Assembly: GCA_963803435.1 (NCBI GenBank)
Contig: CAWDML010000004.1
Coordinates: forward strand, 96,001 to 160,000
Reading direction: 5' to 3'
Length of the DNA: 64,000 nucleotides
From: an uncultured delta proteobacterium
GTDB lineage: Bacteria; Myxococcota; Kuafuiibacteriia; Kuafuiibacteriales; Kuafuiibacteriaceae
Part shown: piece by piece, positions 61,924 to 64,000 of the stretch
How the letters are laid out: every line of letters begins with the position of its first letter
How positions within the stretch are numbered: the stretch's first letter is position 1
Position numbers and translations under genes: made by a program
The notes under the pieces: generated by a model
The model's input: the letters and a program-made list of their open reading frames with translations, nothing else
Database searches by the model: none
What the model was told of the DNA's origin: nothing

Positions 61924-61969
61924 CACGTTTTTGATCCAACCCCCGTCATCGTGGCGAAGTAGTGCTCAG

Positions 61970-62629
61970 ATGCGCGCACTGCTCTGCCTGATCCTGATCG
62001 CTCTGATCCCTGTCCGCGCCTTCGCCTCCGACGGCGCCTCTTCGAACGGAGACTCCTCGGCGGACTCCTCCGGAGACTCCTCCGATCAGGGCGGCTCGAG
62101 CGCGCAGAGCAAGGACTCGTCCGACTCCTCCCAGGACGATCAGTCCTGCGAGAACTCGTCGAAGGACTCGAGCAAGGAGTCGACGGACAACTCCACCGAC
62201 GCGACCTCGAAGGGCAAGAGCGGACGCACGTTCACGATCGCCGCCGCGATCGTGGTGGCCGGCGCGGCGATCGCCGCGGGCATCGGCTTCGGCGCCACCA
62301 CCACGCGCCGCCACCGGGAGGACGCCGAGCAGCAGCTCTCGAAGTTCCTGAGGCGCAATCACTCGGCCGTGGTGCACGACGTGGCCCTCGCAGAGGGGCC
62401 GATCCTCGAGGGCTGGGCGGAGGAGTGGGGCTTCGAGCCCGAGGAGGTGCAGCGCTTTCTCGGAGAGCTCGCCGGCTCAAAGGAGCAGGTCGCATTGGTC
62501 GAGACCATGAGCAAGCTCGAGAGCCCCGGTGCTGCCAGGCGCTTCGCCACCGAGCTGTTCCAGGTGATGGCGCGAACGGTCGGTCGCGAGCGCGCGAGCG
62601 CGGTCGCCTCGGTGAGCAGCCCCTCGTGA
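61970..62629 (+). CDS. DUF3015-like protein with an S/D-rich linker
   Basis: Signal peptide, SSxDSS low-complexity tract, FL..N...V..DVA..EG..L; adjacent to a DUF4105 gene. Confidence 0.55.
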   Translation: MRALLCLILIALIPVRAFASDGASSNGDSSADSSGDSSDQGGSSAQSKDSSDSSQDDQSCENSSKDSSKESTDNSTDATSKGKSGRTFTIAAAIVVAGAAIAAGIGFGATTTRRHREDAEQQLSKFLRRNHSAVVHDVALAEGPILEGWAEEWGFEPEEVQRFLGELAGSKEQVALVETMSKLESPGAARRFATELFQVMARTVGRERASAVASVSSPS

Positions 62630-64000
62630 CGTCGACGCGACCTCGCGGCGCCAGCCTGGTCCTGACGATCGCAGGGATCGCCGGCTGTGCCCACGCGCCC
62701 GCGCCGGGCGCCGGGGTCGCAAGCCCCGACGCGTCGGTGGCGGCGTGGATCGACGACGCGTTCGATCGGCTCCCGCTGGCGCTCACCTATCGGGGCGGCC
62801 GGCGCTGGCGCGTGGAGTGGCACGCGGAGCAACGGCCGTACGGCACCGGGACGACCGACGCCGAGATCGCGGATCTCGAGACGCAGACGATCCATCTGTA
62901 TGAGCCCTCCCAGGAGCCGCGGTCGAAGCGTGCGGTGGCGCGCGCGGTCGCGTTCTCGTTGCTGTGGGCCAGGGACGTGGAGGTGCGCTGGTCGTCGTCG
63001 CCCGAGTGGACGGCGCAGAACGGCTGGCGGGGCGCGCTCACCTCGCTCATGTCACCGCTGGCGCACGCAGAGAACGTCGATCCCCGGGGCTTCGCCGACC
63101 CGCGCGGCCTCGAGTCGCCCCGAGCGGATCTCGCGTCGTTCGCCGCCCGATACTTTTTTCCCGAGCCCAACGACGACGTCCGCTGCCGGATGCTCTCGCA
63201 GGCGCGGTTTCTGGGGAACCGGCTCGAGCTCCCCGAGCAGCGTTGCTCGGCTTTCGAGCGCTGGGCCCGCCTGGATCGGATCGAGAGCGTCGAGGTCGGT
63301 CTGGCGGCCCCCTCGACGCGGGCGGCAGCCTCGGTCTTCGGCCATCTGCTGCTGCGCGTGCTCTATCGAGGCGGCGAGAGCCGGGTGATCGCGTTCGTCG
63401 CCGACGTGCCCGGTGAGATCGAGGACGATCCCTTCTACGCAGTGAAGGGTCTGTTCGGCGGCTACCGCGCGCGGTTGATGGAGCGGGCGTTCGAGGACGT
63501 GTACCGCGACTACGTGGTCCATGAGGGTCGCGATCTCCGGCGCTGGCGGCTCAACGTCGATCACGAGGAGCGTGAGGCGCTGTTCGAGCGCATCTGGACG
63601 CTCGAGCGCTCGGGCGCGTTCGATTACTACTTCCTGAACCAGAACTGCGCGAGCCTGCTGGTGGCGCTGTTCAACTCGGTGCTGCCCGAGGGGCGGCGGA
63701 TCGAGCATGCGGGGACGATCGGTCGCGACCCGGGAACCGCGCTCGACGGGCTCGAGCTGGCGCATGCGGCGGACGGCGGACCGTTGATCACGTACGTTCC
63801 CGAGCCCATCAAGAGCTTCGCCCGGGAGGCTCGCGAGGCCGCGGGCCGGCGCGAGGCGCTGGCCCTGGAGCTGGCGAGGCGCTCACCGGAGGCCGCCTCG
63901 ACGCTCGCCGCGATCGAGGGCGCGGCCCGCGAAGAGGTGCGGGCCGAGGCCTACCGCCAGCTCGTTCACCTGGGGCTGCCGGCCGAGACGCTCGAATCGG
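62626..64000 (+). CDS. DUF4105 (Lnb N-terminal-like) domain lipoprotein, runs off the window end
   Basis: GTG overlaps the upstream TGA; lipobox IAGC; ASVFGHLLLR, KGLFGGY, EGRDL, YYFLNQNCA read by hand (not in the ORF track because there is no stop in the window). Confidence 0.8.
   Translation, partial: MTSTRPRGASLVLTIAGIAGCAHAPAPGAGVASPDASVAAWIDDAFDRLPLALTYRGGRRWRVEWHAEQRPYGTGTTDAEIADLETQTIHLYEPSQEPRSKRAVARAVAFSLLWARDVEVRWSSSPEWTAQNGWRGALTSLMSPLAHAENVDPRGFADPRGLESPRADLASFAARYFFPEPNDDVRCRMLSQARFLGNRLELPEQRCSAFERWARLDRIESVEVGLAAPSTRAAASVFGHLLLRVLYRGGESRVIAFVADVPGEIEDDPFYAVKGLFGGYRARLMERAFEDVYRDYVVHEGRDLRRWRLNVDHEEREALFERIWTLERSGAFDYYFLNQNCASLLVALFNSVLPEGRRIEHAGTIGRDPGTALDGLELAHAADGGPLITYVPEPIKSFAREAREAAGRREALALELARRSPEAASTLAAIEGAAREEVRAEAYRQLVHLGLPAETLES

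Overview
High-GC bacterial chromosome segment, almost certainly Myxococcota-like (mglBA, several Ser/Thr kinases, Cys-rich lipoproteins, sigma54 regulators). It is mostly housekeeping and signalling genes: polA, a MutT-type Nudix, tRNA-Lys(UUU), two-component systems, thiolase, mutY, mglB/mglA, an RlmI/K-type methyltransferase, thrE, an AlkB-type dioxygenase, pcnB, speA, a 7TM-HD hydrolase, ybeY, an orphan nuoD and dihydroorotase. There is also a tandem pair of ~1300-1440 aa metzincin-type lipoproteins behind a sigma54 promoter. The most striking feature is a mobile element present three times within 19 kb (31711-32682, 46723-47371 inverted, 49626-50948). It joins an IS1182-family transposase remnant back-to-back with a four-helix-bundle (23S-IVS-protein/Avd-like) gene. 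Its ~65-72 bp terminal inverted repeats contain a small hairpin and a variable (GGTCCC)5-6 array. Each copy is flanked by CTAG duplications at or beside stop codons between convergent genes, and each has a different central deletion. Several conserved genes carry apparent frameshifts, which suggests long-read or metagenome consensus errors; this is a caveat for all pseudogene and deletion calls.
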